IMG/VR virus record: IMGVR_UViG_3300048855_000082
Span: 1-53,307 of that record
From: a virus
Lineage: Duplodnaviria; Caudoviricetes
Reading direction: 5' to 3' (one strand)
Length of the DNA: 53,307 nt
Positions within the stretch are counted from its first letter, which is position 1. Every line of letters begins with the position of its first letter. This document shows, one piece after another, positions 8,594 to 16,862 of the stretch. The position numbers and the translations under genes are program-made. The notes beneath the pieces were generated by a model, which had not been told where the DNA came from, ran no database searches, and saw nothing but the letters and a program-made list of their open reading frames with translations.

Positions 8594-9838
8594 TCAGACC
8601 TTACGAATCCCGAACTGAGCGGCTTTGACTTTTGAGTCCTGGCTGATGCCCGCGGCCAGGTAAAGCCCCATCCTTGCGGTAACGACCGTCTCAGTGACAT
8701 CGCACGTGTAGCGCTGGGTCTCCAGCGCCCCTTTCCAGTTAGCCGGCAGCGTGAACGGCTCTTGATACTTGTCCATTGAGCGGTAGTAGATGGTTGTAGA
8801 CGTGCTCGCCACCGGTTTGGTGATGATCAGCTCTGCCTCCCAGCCTAGGATGCCCCGGCTGTTGCCAACGATCTCCGGCGCCGAAACCATCTCGATCAGA
8901 TCCCCGGCAAGCAGATTCGACAGCGTTACGTTCGCCGCCGGCTGCACGTAAATGTAGCCGCCGGCGGCCGCCATCGCTCCGGCCAGCTCAATGCATTGAG
9001 CTTCGCCGAAAGCTGATTGCTCCTTGTACCAGCGAGACGTCACTCCGCTCAGGCCTGACCCGGACGCCTTGTAGTTGTCCGCCAGCACAGATCCTGCAAC
9101 CGGGTTGACCGAGGCGTTGATGGCCCCAGCGGTGCCGATCATTAGCGGATTTGCGTTCAGGCAGCCGAACGGACGAATCGCTGAGTACAGGTCGGCAGCA
9201 TCGGTGGGCAGCGGCACGCCAAAGAACTCGAAATTGGCATTGATGACCGGCACGCAGCGGGACTGGATGAAATCTGCGCCGATCAGGTTTGGATGCAGAT
9301 CATCGACGGTCATGTCCTGAGTAAAGCCGTCCCAGATGTTGACCACGGGCACGAACTGCCGGACGTAGCCAAGCACCCAGTCCTTGTAAGCGACCGCGTC
9401 GGCGAGCGCCTGACCGGTTAAGGCCTTGGTGCCGAATCGAGGCGTGCCCGTTCCGACAATGAGGTACTTACCAGGCGTGTTCTGGAAAGCGGTTATCGCC
9501 TTCATCACGTTTGCCTTGCTGTCAGCGACGGTCATGCCCGCAGTAGTGCTGTCGTTGGTGCGGGATAGCAGCAGCCACAGATCGGCCGTGAGCGAAGTGA
9601 GGCACCCAGGCACGCGCGCCATGAACTGACCGGAGTGGTCGCCCACCTTGCCCTGATTGTCCAGGTAGCTTGGGAACAGACCGGTCTTCGCAGCGATTGC
9701 GCCGGCGTAGCCATACGCTTCGGTACCGAAGGCTTTCGGATCAATCGTATGGCAGTTCGCGCTGAAGCTATCGCCCAGCAACCCAAGCCCGCGACGGATG
9801 CGGCGGCGAGTCGGCTGACCCTCGGCTAGCAGGCTCAT
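8594..9838 (-). CDS. SGNH/GDSL esterase with C-terminal beta-rich domain
   Basis: LLGDSFS, G block, TND, DDLHPN (DxxH). Confidence 0.85.
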   Translation of the reverse strand: MSLLAEGQPTRRRIRRGLGLLGDSFSANCHTIDPKAFGTEAYGYAGAIAAKTGLFPSYLDNQGKVGDHSGQFMARVPGCLTSLTADLWLLLSRTNDSTTAGMTVADSKANVMKAITAFQNTPGKYLIVGTGTPRFGTKALTGQALADAVAYKDWVLGYVRQFVPVVNIWDGFTQDMTVDDLHPNLIGADFIQSRCVPVINANFEFFGVPLPTDAADLYSAIRPFGCLNANPLMIGTAGAINASVNPVAGSVLADNYKASGSGLSGVTSRWYKEQSAFGEAQCIELAGAMAAAGGYIYVQPAANVTLSNLLAGDLIEMVSAPEIVGNSRGILGWEAELIITKPVASTSTTIYYRSMDKYQEPFTLPANWKGALETQRYTCDVTETVVTARMGLYLAAGISQDSKVKAAQFGIRKV

Positions 9839-10053
9839 GCAAATACCTCGAAGGCGGCGCCGCCCGTGGGCACGAATCGCACCGTCGCTTTCGGTATGTT
9901 GAGTTGGTAAGCCCCGTCGTTCCAGAGGGTGTCGGACGTCACCCAGCCGTCGCCCATCTTGATCTGAATCGCGACCGAGCCGCCATTCGCCTTTACGCCC
10001 AGAGTGACGCGCATCGCGCGCATATAGGTCTCTTCTTTAATAGTCGTCTGCAC
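9835..10053 (-). CDS. Small beta-rich protein coupled to SGNH gene
   Basis: GTG start with GGAGAG RBS; ATGA overlap with the next gene. Confidence 0.7.
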   Translation of the reverse strand: MQTTIKEETYMRAMRVTLGVKANGGSVAIQIKMGDGWVTSDTLWNDGAYQLNIPKATVRFVPTGGAAFEVFA

Positions 10054-10092
10054 AGCGCTCTCCGTTTGGGCGGGTGTTAGGTCTTTCCGGTA

Positions 10093-10518
10093 TCAGGGCA
10101 CGTCGCGGAAGAAAACGTGGTTGCCCAGCTTCAGCGTCCGCTGTGCCTTCGCCGCCCAGGCCGGCGCCTTGGGCATGGTTGTCGCGTAGTAGTGGGTTGC
10201 GCCGCCAGTCGGGTCAGGCACCTTGCCGTCGATGACCTGGTCAGCAGCGATGCGACACTGCGCCAGCTCGCGGAATGGAATTTGACGCGCGCCGGTCAAG
10301 AACTGGTAGTTCGGGTCGTTGCGGTTCCAGCAGCTGAACTGGTACGGCTTCTGGCAGACGCCGGCGTAACCTTCACCCCACCAGGATCTGTCTTTGCCGT
10401 CGTCCACGCGATTGCGGATCGTCCACGCGACCGCCACCATCCCCGCCAAACCTTCACCGCGCGCCTCGCCCCAAAGGGTACGCGCCAGCACATCACGGTC
10501 TTTTTCAGTCACGGTCAT
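10093..10518 (-). CDS. Endolysin, cell wall hydrolase (Hydrolase_2/SleB family)
   Basis: LARTLWGEARGE, AVAWTIRNR, YQFSCWN, GATHYYA, LGNHVFF; GGAG RBS before ATG 10518. Confidence 0.92.
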   Translation of the reverse strand: MTVTEKDRDVLARTLWGEARGEGLAGMVAVAWTIRNRVDDGKDRSWWGEGYAGVCQKPYQFSCWNRNDPNYQFLTGARQIPFRELAQCRIAADQVIDGKVPDPTGGATHYYATTMPKAPAWAAKAQRTLKLGNHVFFRDVP

Positions 10519-10589
10519 CGCTTTTCTCCAGACGAAAAAAAACCCGCATCGTGTGCAGGTCTGTTCACGTCCAACTGGTAATGGGCTTT

Positions 10590-11012
10590 TCAACTCGCCG
10601 GCGAGGCGGGCCAAGCAATTTTTCCGGGATAGCCGGCCTGGGCATCGATCTTGTTCAATTTCAGTTTGTAAGCGGCGTATGCCTTGAACTTGGCCTCGTC
10701 CTCTTCATTCAACAAACCGGCGATGTACGCGTCAGCCATGCCTGCCGTGGATTCATTGGCAGCTGCGAGCAACGCGTCCCGCTGAGCAAGGGCGGCGGCC
10801 TTCAGTTCCAGATCGGTAGGCTGTCTGATTTGAGGCTCAGCGAAGGTCCACTGACCGTTGACCTCGGTTGCTGACCAGCCGGGCTCCGGGATGTGGTTCG
10901 TGTCGGTCACTTCCACCCAAGTCATCTCAGGGTGAAACAACTCGGAGATATCAAGATCGGTCTCGAAGGTTTCATAGACGAGGCCGTCAAACAGTCGGGC
11001 GTAAATTTTCAT
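10590..11012 (-). CDS. Tail fibre assembly protein
   Basis: FHPEMTWVEVT, QRDALL...AYKLKLNKID...IAWPASP; follows fibre gene. Confidence 0.88.
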   Translation of the reverse strand: MKIYARLFDGLVYETFETDLDISELFHPEMTWVEVTDTNHIPEPGWSATEVNGQWTFAEPQIRQPTDLELKAAALAQRDALLAAANESTAGMADAYIAGLLNEEDEAKFKAYAAYKLKLNKIDAQAGYPGKIAWPASPAS

Positions 11013-11866
11013 TAGGCGTACTCATAGACGATGACAATGCCGGGGGACCCAGCACCGCCAGATGCAGTTGCTGCGTTCTGGAGCGACAAGGCGCCGGCGC
11101 CGCCGGCCCCGTAACCGCCGCCAAAGTTGCCACCCTGCGACACGTTGGTTAGAGGCCCTCCCGCGCCAAGCGCGCCATGTGCGCCAGCACCGGAGTAACC
11201 GACGGTTAAGGACGATATGAAAGCGATCTGCGGGACCTGGCTCACGATCCCGATCACGTTCGCGCCGATTACCGAAGCGCCTGTGTTGTTGGTACCTGCG
11301 TTCAGGGGGGGTGAAGTCGGCCCATAACCGCCCCCACCATTACCCCCCGTAGCCGAAATGAGCGAACCAAAGCTGGACGTGCCACCTGCGCCACCGCCCG
11401 TGCTGGAGCCCACTCCCCCAACACCGCCCGCGCCAACCGTTACAGCGGTGGCAACCAACCCCGATGCGATCCTTCGCTCGCCGTAACTGCCAGAAGCGCC
11501 ACCGCTGCCAACCCCAACTTGGGAAGCGTTCGTGGCCGGTGATCCGCCGCCGCCGCCACCGCCTCCAACGAGCTTGACGATCGCACTCTTTGCACCGGGT
11601 GTTGGGGTGTAAGTACCGTTGGCGGTAAAGACCTTGACCCCGATCAAGCGGCCAACGGTCAGTGCGTAGATCGCCTCCAGCAGTTGCCCATGATTCGCTT
11701 CGGCGGGAACAAGTTGAGCTGCAGTGATGACCGCCAGCAGTTCATCGGTCACACCGTTGCCCCAAGCGGAGGGAATCAATGATCCGACGACACCGGTTGC
11801 GGTGTTCTCGTCCACGAACTTGCCATTGACCAGGCCCACATTGGGCACACTTTTAGGATAATCCAC
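11012..11866 (-). CDS. Tail fibre (short, glycine-rich)
   Basis: MDYPKSVPNVGLVNGKFVDEN N-terminus typical of Pseudomonas Mu-like fibres; Gly-rich C-terminal domain. Confidence 0.85.
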   Translation of the reverse strand: MDYPKSVPNVGLVNGKFVDENTATGVVGSLIPSAWGNGVTDELLAVITAAQLVPAEANHGQLLEAIYALTVGRLIGVKVFTANGTYTPTPGAKSAIVKLVGGGGGGGGSPATNASQVGVGSGGASGSYGERRIASGLVATAVTVGAGGVGGVGSSTGGGAGGTSSFGSLISATGGNGGGGYGPTSPPLNAGTNNTGASVIGANVIGIVSQVPQIAFISSLTVGYSGAGAHGALGAGGPLTNVSQGGNFGGGYGAGGAGALSLQNAATASGGAGSPGIVIVYEYA

Positions 11867-11875
11867 TGTTGTTCC

Positions 11876-12472
11876 TCAGCTGTAATTGATGTGCACGACG
11901 GTGTGCGCCGGGGCATAGCGGCGAATGAGGCATTCCAACGCGCTTCCCGGATTGACGCCGAAGCGCTCCCCCCAGTAGCTGACGCCAAAGCGGCGCCCGA
12001 GCCTCTGCCGACCGCCCGTGTTTAACGTCCACATGAACTGCACACGCCAGGTGCCGAAATGCGACTTGCCAAATCTTTCCCGCCCAAAGCGAGGTGCTCG
12101 GTACTCCGAGATCGTTGCATCTGGGTATCCCTCCCCTTGTGCAATCGAAATGAAGTAGGCCGGTGTCTGTGCGCCGATCGCCGTCAAGCGCTGACGCACG
12201 GAAAGCTGCCGATCGCCGAAGCTTGGCGAGTCGCCCAGACATGGATCTGGAAGGCCCATGACCGATTCCCAATCGGGAACCAATTCGCTCACTGATGCGG
12301 GGTCCATCTCGGCGTAAAGGTCCACAACCCGAGCGTCCACGCGCGCCAGCTCGATCGCCAAACCTTCAATGACCAACGCCAGCTCCGGCACGCGCTCCAG
12401 ATCCCAGGCTGGGCCCTGAGGCAGTAACTGCCGCAGCTGATCCATATATTCTTCGGCGGTCCTCACTGCCAT
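11876..12472 (-). CDS. Baseplate protein YmfQ/DUF2313 (Mu gp48-like)
   Basis: LLPQGPAW, LVPDWE..GLPD, LECLIRRYAPAHT. Confidence 0.9.
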   Translation of the reverse strand: MAVRTAEEYMDQLRQLLPQGPAWDLERVPELALVIEGLAIELARVDARVVDLYAEMDPASVSELVPDWESVMGLPDPCLGDSPSFGDRQLSVRQRLTAIGAQTPAYFISIAQGEGYPDATISEYRAPRFGRERFGKSHFGTWRVQFMWTLNTGGRQRLGRRFGVSYWGERFGVNPGSALECLIRRYAPAHTVVHINYS

Positions 12473-13500
12473 GTGATGTTCCCCACCGTGAGCAGCTGAT
12501 TGGCGTTAGTGGCCACGTCCGCGGTTGGGCTGACGACAATGTTGTCTGTTTCTCCTTGCGCGCCGCTCACCGCTTCACGGATATGGCTGATCAGCAGGCT
12601 ACTCCCGAGACCAGCCTCGCGAGCGTGCAGATCGGCAAGTTCAGCCGTGACGGCCTGCCTCACAGCGGTTGTGTCGGGTGTCAGATCAATCACGTAGTTA
12701 ACGGCTTTGAGCACCGGCGCCAGCGCGTAAACCTCCGCGGTCACCGGTGCCTTGGTCTGAAGGTAGGCTTGAACGACCGCGATCTCGTTGGCGTCAGGAA
12801 TGATTACAGCGTCGTCGTCGCGGACGAAAAACACGCCGACCGTTCCTGGCCCCATGTAACTCTTCACCGCCCAAGCGCGTGTTACGCCCGCGCATTCCAG
12901 CGCCCAGGTGACGTAGTCGTCCGCATCACCCCCATGGGGTATGACCCGGTAACTGCGGATGACCCGGGAGCGGAGGGACTCGATCGATTCCTTTTCCGTG
13001 CCGCCAGTAAGACCTGGTGCCAACACCGTGAACGTATCAGCGACGCCCACGACGGGCTGCACCAGAACCAGAGGCAGTCCGGCTTCGGCATTACCCAACG
13101 CGCCGCCATCCACTGACTCAAGCGTGGCGGTGTTGCTGCCTGCAACAGTCGTTACCGTTGCGGCGATTCGGTATTGACGGCCATCGCTCGCCTGCAATAC
13201 CTGATTCGCATCAAGCACGGCCCCCGCGGCTGCCTGAAATGAGGCTGACCCCGTCGCCGCCTTCGCAGGGATCCGCGGGGTTTCGAGCCTAAGCAACGCC
13301 TGACGCTCGAGGGTGGATTCATCAGCGGTGTCCGGCAGGATCTGCCGGGCAACCCAGTCGATATATCCGTAGAGCCCGTATGCCGCACCACTCAAGGCGC
13401 GCGCCAGAACTTGTGCGTCGGATTTGCGCAGTGCTTCGCTTGCAAGATCCGCTGCGGTGCGGCTGACCAGTGTCGGCAGGTTCGGGGTTTCAAACGGCAT
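12463..13500 (-). CDS. Baseplate J / Mu gp47-like
   Basis: QILPDTADE, GGTEKES, PHGGDADDYVTWAL, GPGTVGV. Confidence 0.92.
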   Translation of the reverse strand: MPFETPNLPTLVSRTAADLASEALRKSDAQVLARALSGAAYGLYGYIDWVARQILPDTADESTLERQALLRLETPRIPAKAATGSASFQAAAGAVLDANQVLQASDGRQYRIAATVTTVAGSNTATLESVDGGALGNAEAGLPLVLVQPVVGVADTFTVLAPGLTGGTEKESIESLRSRVIRSYRVIPHGGDADDYVTWALECAGVTRAWAVKSYMGPGTVGVFFVRDDDAVIIPDANEIAVVQAYLQTKAPVTAEVYALAPVLKAVNYVIDLTPDTTAVRQAVTAELADLHAREAGLGSSLLISHIREAVSGAQGETDNIVVSPTADVATNANQLLTVGNITWQ

Positions 13501-13894
13501 AGAGCACCTGCCAATCTTCATGTGGGTAAATGTCGAGGTGATCGCCGCTCGGCAGGGTCAGCACAACTCCGAGATTCAAGCGTGAGTGCCCTGCTCTTTG
13601 CGTCAGCACCTGCACGTCGACAACGTGGCCGTCATCGATCAGCCACTGCATAGCCTCTTGGGCATACATAACCGCTGCACCTATGGTCTCGGTGGTGAGC
13701 TTGCGGCGTCGCAACAACCACAGCCGTGACCCAATACGGTCATTCGCCTCCAGCGGATAGCTGTCACCCCACCATCCGAATCGCTCGTCATCATCTGTCT
13801 GGTCCGAGGCGTTGGCCCGGCGCCAGGTGAACAGGCTGATCTCGACCGCACGACGCAGGCTTATCTCGACGTCGTTTTCGATAATCACGCTCAC
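13490..13894 (-). CDS. Mu gp46-like baseplate wedge protein
   Basis: ISLFTWRRA, GWWGD, IGSRLWLL, WLIDDG. Confidence 0.9.
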   Translation of the reverse strand: MSVIIENDVEISLRRAVEISLFTWRRANASDQTDDDERFGWWGDSYPLEANDRIGSRLWLLRRRKLTTETIGAAVMYAQEAMQWLIDDGHVVDVQVLTQRAGHSRLNLGVVLTLPSGDHLDIYPHEDWQVLYAV

Positions 13895-14406
13895 GCGCCA
13901 CCCCCAGGGACCGGCGGGCCGCTCTGCCCGTTGCCAGCTTGCACGCCGCTATGGAGATGATTGATCTGACTAACGCCGCCAGCGACCTGGTCGCCCTGAC
14001 TGACGATCTTCCCGGTCTGGGTAATGGTGGGGGTGTCGAAGTTGACGGAGGTTGATGCGCTGATGTTGAGCGTTTCCGTTTCAATATCGATAATCCGGCC
14101 GCGCTTGAAATGGATCTTGTCCCCTTCGTCGGTGTAGATCGCAACCTCACCCGCTGCCAAGGCCTGCAACCGGTAGCGACGGTCCGCCACGACGATCACG
14201 ACTCCGTGCGAACGGTCGCCGCCCATAAACGCCGCCAGACCCTCAGCCCCTTCGTGCGGGCAGCTTGTGAAACCGTACGGTTCGAGATGCTCCATGCCGT
14301 CCTTCACCTCTCCGTGAGTCAGACGCATCTGCAGGGTTTGCAGCTTGCTGGCGGAATTGGCCAGCGCCACCACCCCGCGCGTCAGCAGGTTCATTAATCG
14401 GCTCAT
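13891..14406 (-). CDS. Baseplate spike (Mu gp45 / gpV)
   Basis: EPYGFTS, GEVAIY, C-terminal HLHSGV. Confidence 0.9.
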   Translation of the reverse strand: MSRLMNLLTRGVVALANSASKLQTLQMRLTHGEVKDGMEHLEPYGFTSCPHEGAEGLAAFMGGDRSHGVVIVVADRRYRLQALAAGEVAIYTDEGDKIHFKRGRIIDIETETLNISASTSVNFDTPTITQTGKIVSQGDQVAGGVSQINHLHSGVQAGNGQSGPPVPGGGA

Positions 14407-15506
14407 TTATCTTGGTAATCCGCAGGTAGGAGATATTCGACGCTGTCGCCTTTTTTGACTTTGCGGTGCTTGTGCGGATCATCGGGCTCCTGCAGGTATC
14501 CCTCTGGTGGCCCAACCCGCAGTTGGCAGATCGTCCCTTGTTCATCGAGGCGGTATGTCACTTCCGCGATGAGCATGTCGCGGTCGTAACCAATGACCGG
14601 ATCGATCACCCTGACGATGGTGTTGGGTAGCCAGAGTGCGCCGTTGGCTTGCCGCCAACCCTGCACCTCGTAAGTGGTCTCCAGCGCCTTGCCCAGCGCG
14701 GTGCCCCGCTCCCAGTTCGCGCGGTCGGCGGCCATCTTGTCCGTCAGCTGCCCGCTTTCATGAATCACCTTGACGCGCTTGCGCGTCATTCGAGGATCGC
14801 TCACCGAGGCATTGACCTCCGTGGCTGTTTTGGCGAAGTCCTCGTCGGTACCGGAGCGCTGGCCGATCACCCGGTACTCCGAAAACACCTGAGTGAAATC
14901 CAGCGGCGCGTCGGCTTTGAGCACGTTGCCGCCTAGCCGCAGGGAATCGGAGCAGCGGCCCGCACTCCCCACTTCGGCCAACACCACATGCCCCTGCGCG
15001 TTGTCCGTACTGAAAACACGGAACAGGGTGAGCAGCCGGTCAATTGACTCAAAAGCGGTTTCGCCTGGTTCGATGGTGTGGTCAGTGAGGCCGCTGGTCG
15101 CCGCTATCTCGCTTTTCACGGTCAGGCCGTACACGCCCGCAATCGCCTGGACAATCTTCTGGACGCTCTGGCCCTTCCATTGACCTGGCTGGTTGATCGC
15201 ACCGCAGTCAATCAAGTCAGCGGTGAGCGACCGGCCAGTTATGGAAGTGGTGACCTTTTCGTGGTCGTAGCTGATCGGCGTAGCGTCGACCCACCCGGTG
15301 GTGACTAGGTCGCCACCGATGCGAACCTCACAGCGCGCGCCTTGCTTGACCGGGCGCAAAATGTTTTGTCCCGGCCACTTCCATGTGATGCCAATGTTGA
15401 AGCTGCGCGCCTGGCGTTCAAGACCAGTACTGATCTCAACCGAAGTCCAGCCGGAATAGTCCAGCCCGTCGACGGTCAGGGTCACGGCCGTCTTCGGATC
15501 AGACAT
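14403..15506 (-). CDS. Baseplate hub (Mu gp44 / P)
   Basis: YSGWTSVEI, GRSLTADLIDC, IEPGET, VQGWRQ. Confidence 0.9.
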   Translation of the reverse strand: MSDPKTAVTLTVDGLDYSGWTSVEISTGLERQARSFNIGITWKWPGQNILRPVKQGARCEVRIGGDLVTTGWVDATPISYDHEKVTTSITGRSLTADLIDCGAINQPGQWKGQSVQKIVQAIAGVYGLTVKSEIAATSGLTDHTIEPGETAFESIDRLLTLFRVFSTDNAQGHVVLAEVGSAGRCSDSLRLGGNVLKADAPLDFTQVFSEYRVIGQRSGTDEDFAKTATEVNASVSDPRMTRKRVKVIHESGQLTDKMAADRANWERGTALGKALETTYEVQGWRQANGALWLPNTIVRVIDPVIGYDRDMLIAEVTYRLDEQGTICQLRVGPPEGYLQEPDDPHKHRKVKKGDSVEYLLPADYQDK

Positions 15507-15512
15507 GCGCTG

Positions 15513-16862
15513 TTACTCCCTGGCGACTTGCAAAGGTGCTGCCGGCACAAAGCCGGGATGATTGATTTTGTTGCGTTGAACAATTTCGCCTTGGCGAGTG
15601 GCGTCGCCGAACCGGCGGTAAGCGACCACCACCGCGGGCACTGTTTCCGGCGGAGTCACGCTCACCAACTGGACACCCGACGCAGCCACGGCCGTGAGGT
15701 GGCGCACCACTTGCTGGCGAGCGGCGTTGATCGAGGGGTAGTAGGTAGCGTCAGCCTTGAGGGACGCCTGCCAGAACGCTTGATCGAGAGAGTCGCGCGC
15801 CGCAATCACATCCTGCGCAACCGGTACCTCTGGGCGAACAACAGGATCTATGACCTGTTGATCAACAGAGGGAGTGGTGTCCAGCGCTTGTGCGGCGACG
15901 TTGACTGGCATCTGCGCAACAGTTGCGGTGGCTTGAACCAGCACGGCATCCTGCACCAGGTTCGCGAGCGCCTGCGCCGCAGCGGTGGTATCAGCACCAC
16001 TAGAAACAGGGACGGCGTTGATACTCGCGGCATCTTCCGCCTGACTGGAGACGGTGGCCACCGCACTGCTGTAGCTATCGAACGTCGCAGCCCCGGCGCT
16101 GGTCGGGCTCGTCGCACTGCTCACCGTCGCCGAGCTGGCTGAACTGCCCGCGTTCCCGCCGGCACTTACCAACGAGGTGCACGCGCTCTTGGGCGTCGAC
16201 AATCCCAGATCGCTGAAATACCCGCTAAACAGGCTGGATAAGGAGCCCGGCGAGTTAGTCAGCATCTGAGCAAGGGAACGCACGGAACCGATGGCGCCGC
16301 TCAAGGGTGAGAACTGTCCCGTCAGAACGCCGAACACTCCCGTCAATCCGTTCTGCAAACCGAGCAGATTGATTCGCGCGGTGTCGACCTTGGCCATGGC
16401 TGACTTGTACCGATCGAGCGCGCCGCTCCAATAGCCGGCCGATGTCTGCGCCGTCATGCGTGCGGTGTTGGTCCGTACCGAGGGATTTGCCTGCGCGTTG
16501 CCAGGGTAGAACGTCAACTCGAAAGTGACCATTCCCCCTTCTCTGCGGCTATGCGCCATCTCCGCAGTACCAGGCACCACCAGCATCTGGCCGAGCCAAG
16601 GATGCACCAGAGTGCCCTCGCCTTCGGCTTCCAGGGCCTTGAGCAGTTTGTCACGCTGCTCGAAGCAATCGGGGCCGATGACATAAGCTTTGACCCGGTG
16701 GACCCGGGCCACCTTGCCCATCTGCTCGGTAAAAGCCTCATCACGCTTGGGGTATTCGTGCAACTGGACCTTGCGGCCGACCGGGGTGGATGTGTCCTCG
16801 ATCAGAAAGGTCACGCCCCGGAACGAGGCTGGCAGCAACTGATCGCGCCAAGTGTCAGCCAT
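15513..16862 (-). CDS. DNA circularisation protein (Mu N / gp43-like)
   Basis: ASFRGVTF, GRKVQLHEYP, GTLVHPWLG, C-terminal RNKINHPGFVP. Confidence 0.92.
   Translation of the reverse strand: MADTWRDQLLPASFRGVTFLIEDTSTPVGRKVQLHEYPKRDEAFTEQMGKVARVHRVKAYVIGPDCFEQRDKLLKALEAEGEGTLVHPWLGQMLVVPGTAEMAHSRREGGMVTFELTFYPGNAQANPSVRTNTARMTAQTSAGYWSGALDRYKSAMAKVDTARINLLGLQNGLTGVFGVLTGQFSPLSGAIGSVRSLAQMLTNSPGSLSSLFSGYFSDLGLSTPKSACTSLVSAGGNAGSSASSATVSSATSPTSAGAATFDSYSSAVATVSSQAEDAASINAVPVSSGADTTAAAQALANLVQDAVLVQATATVAQMPVNVAAQALDTTPSVDQQVIDPVVRPEVPVAQDVIAARDSLDQAFWQASLKADATYYPSINAARQQVVRHLTAVAASGVQLVSVTPPETVPAVVVAYRRFGDATRQGEIVQRNKINHPGFVPAAPLQVARE

Noticed and set aside
11012-11600. Gly/Asn-rich stretch as another amyloid motif
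   Set aside because: Ordinary glycine-rich tail fibre domain with no partner motif
10590-11866. Diversity-generating retroelement or invertible tail fibre cassette
   Set aside because: No reverse transcriptase, template repeat, invertase or flanking inverted repeats seen
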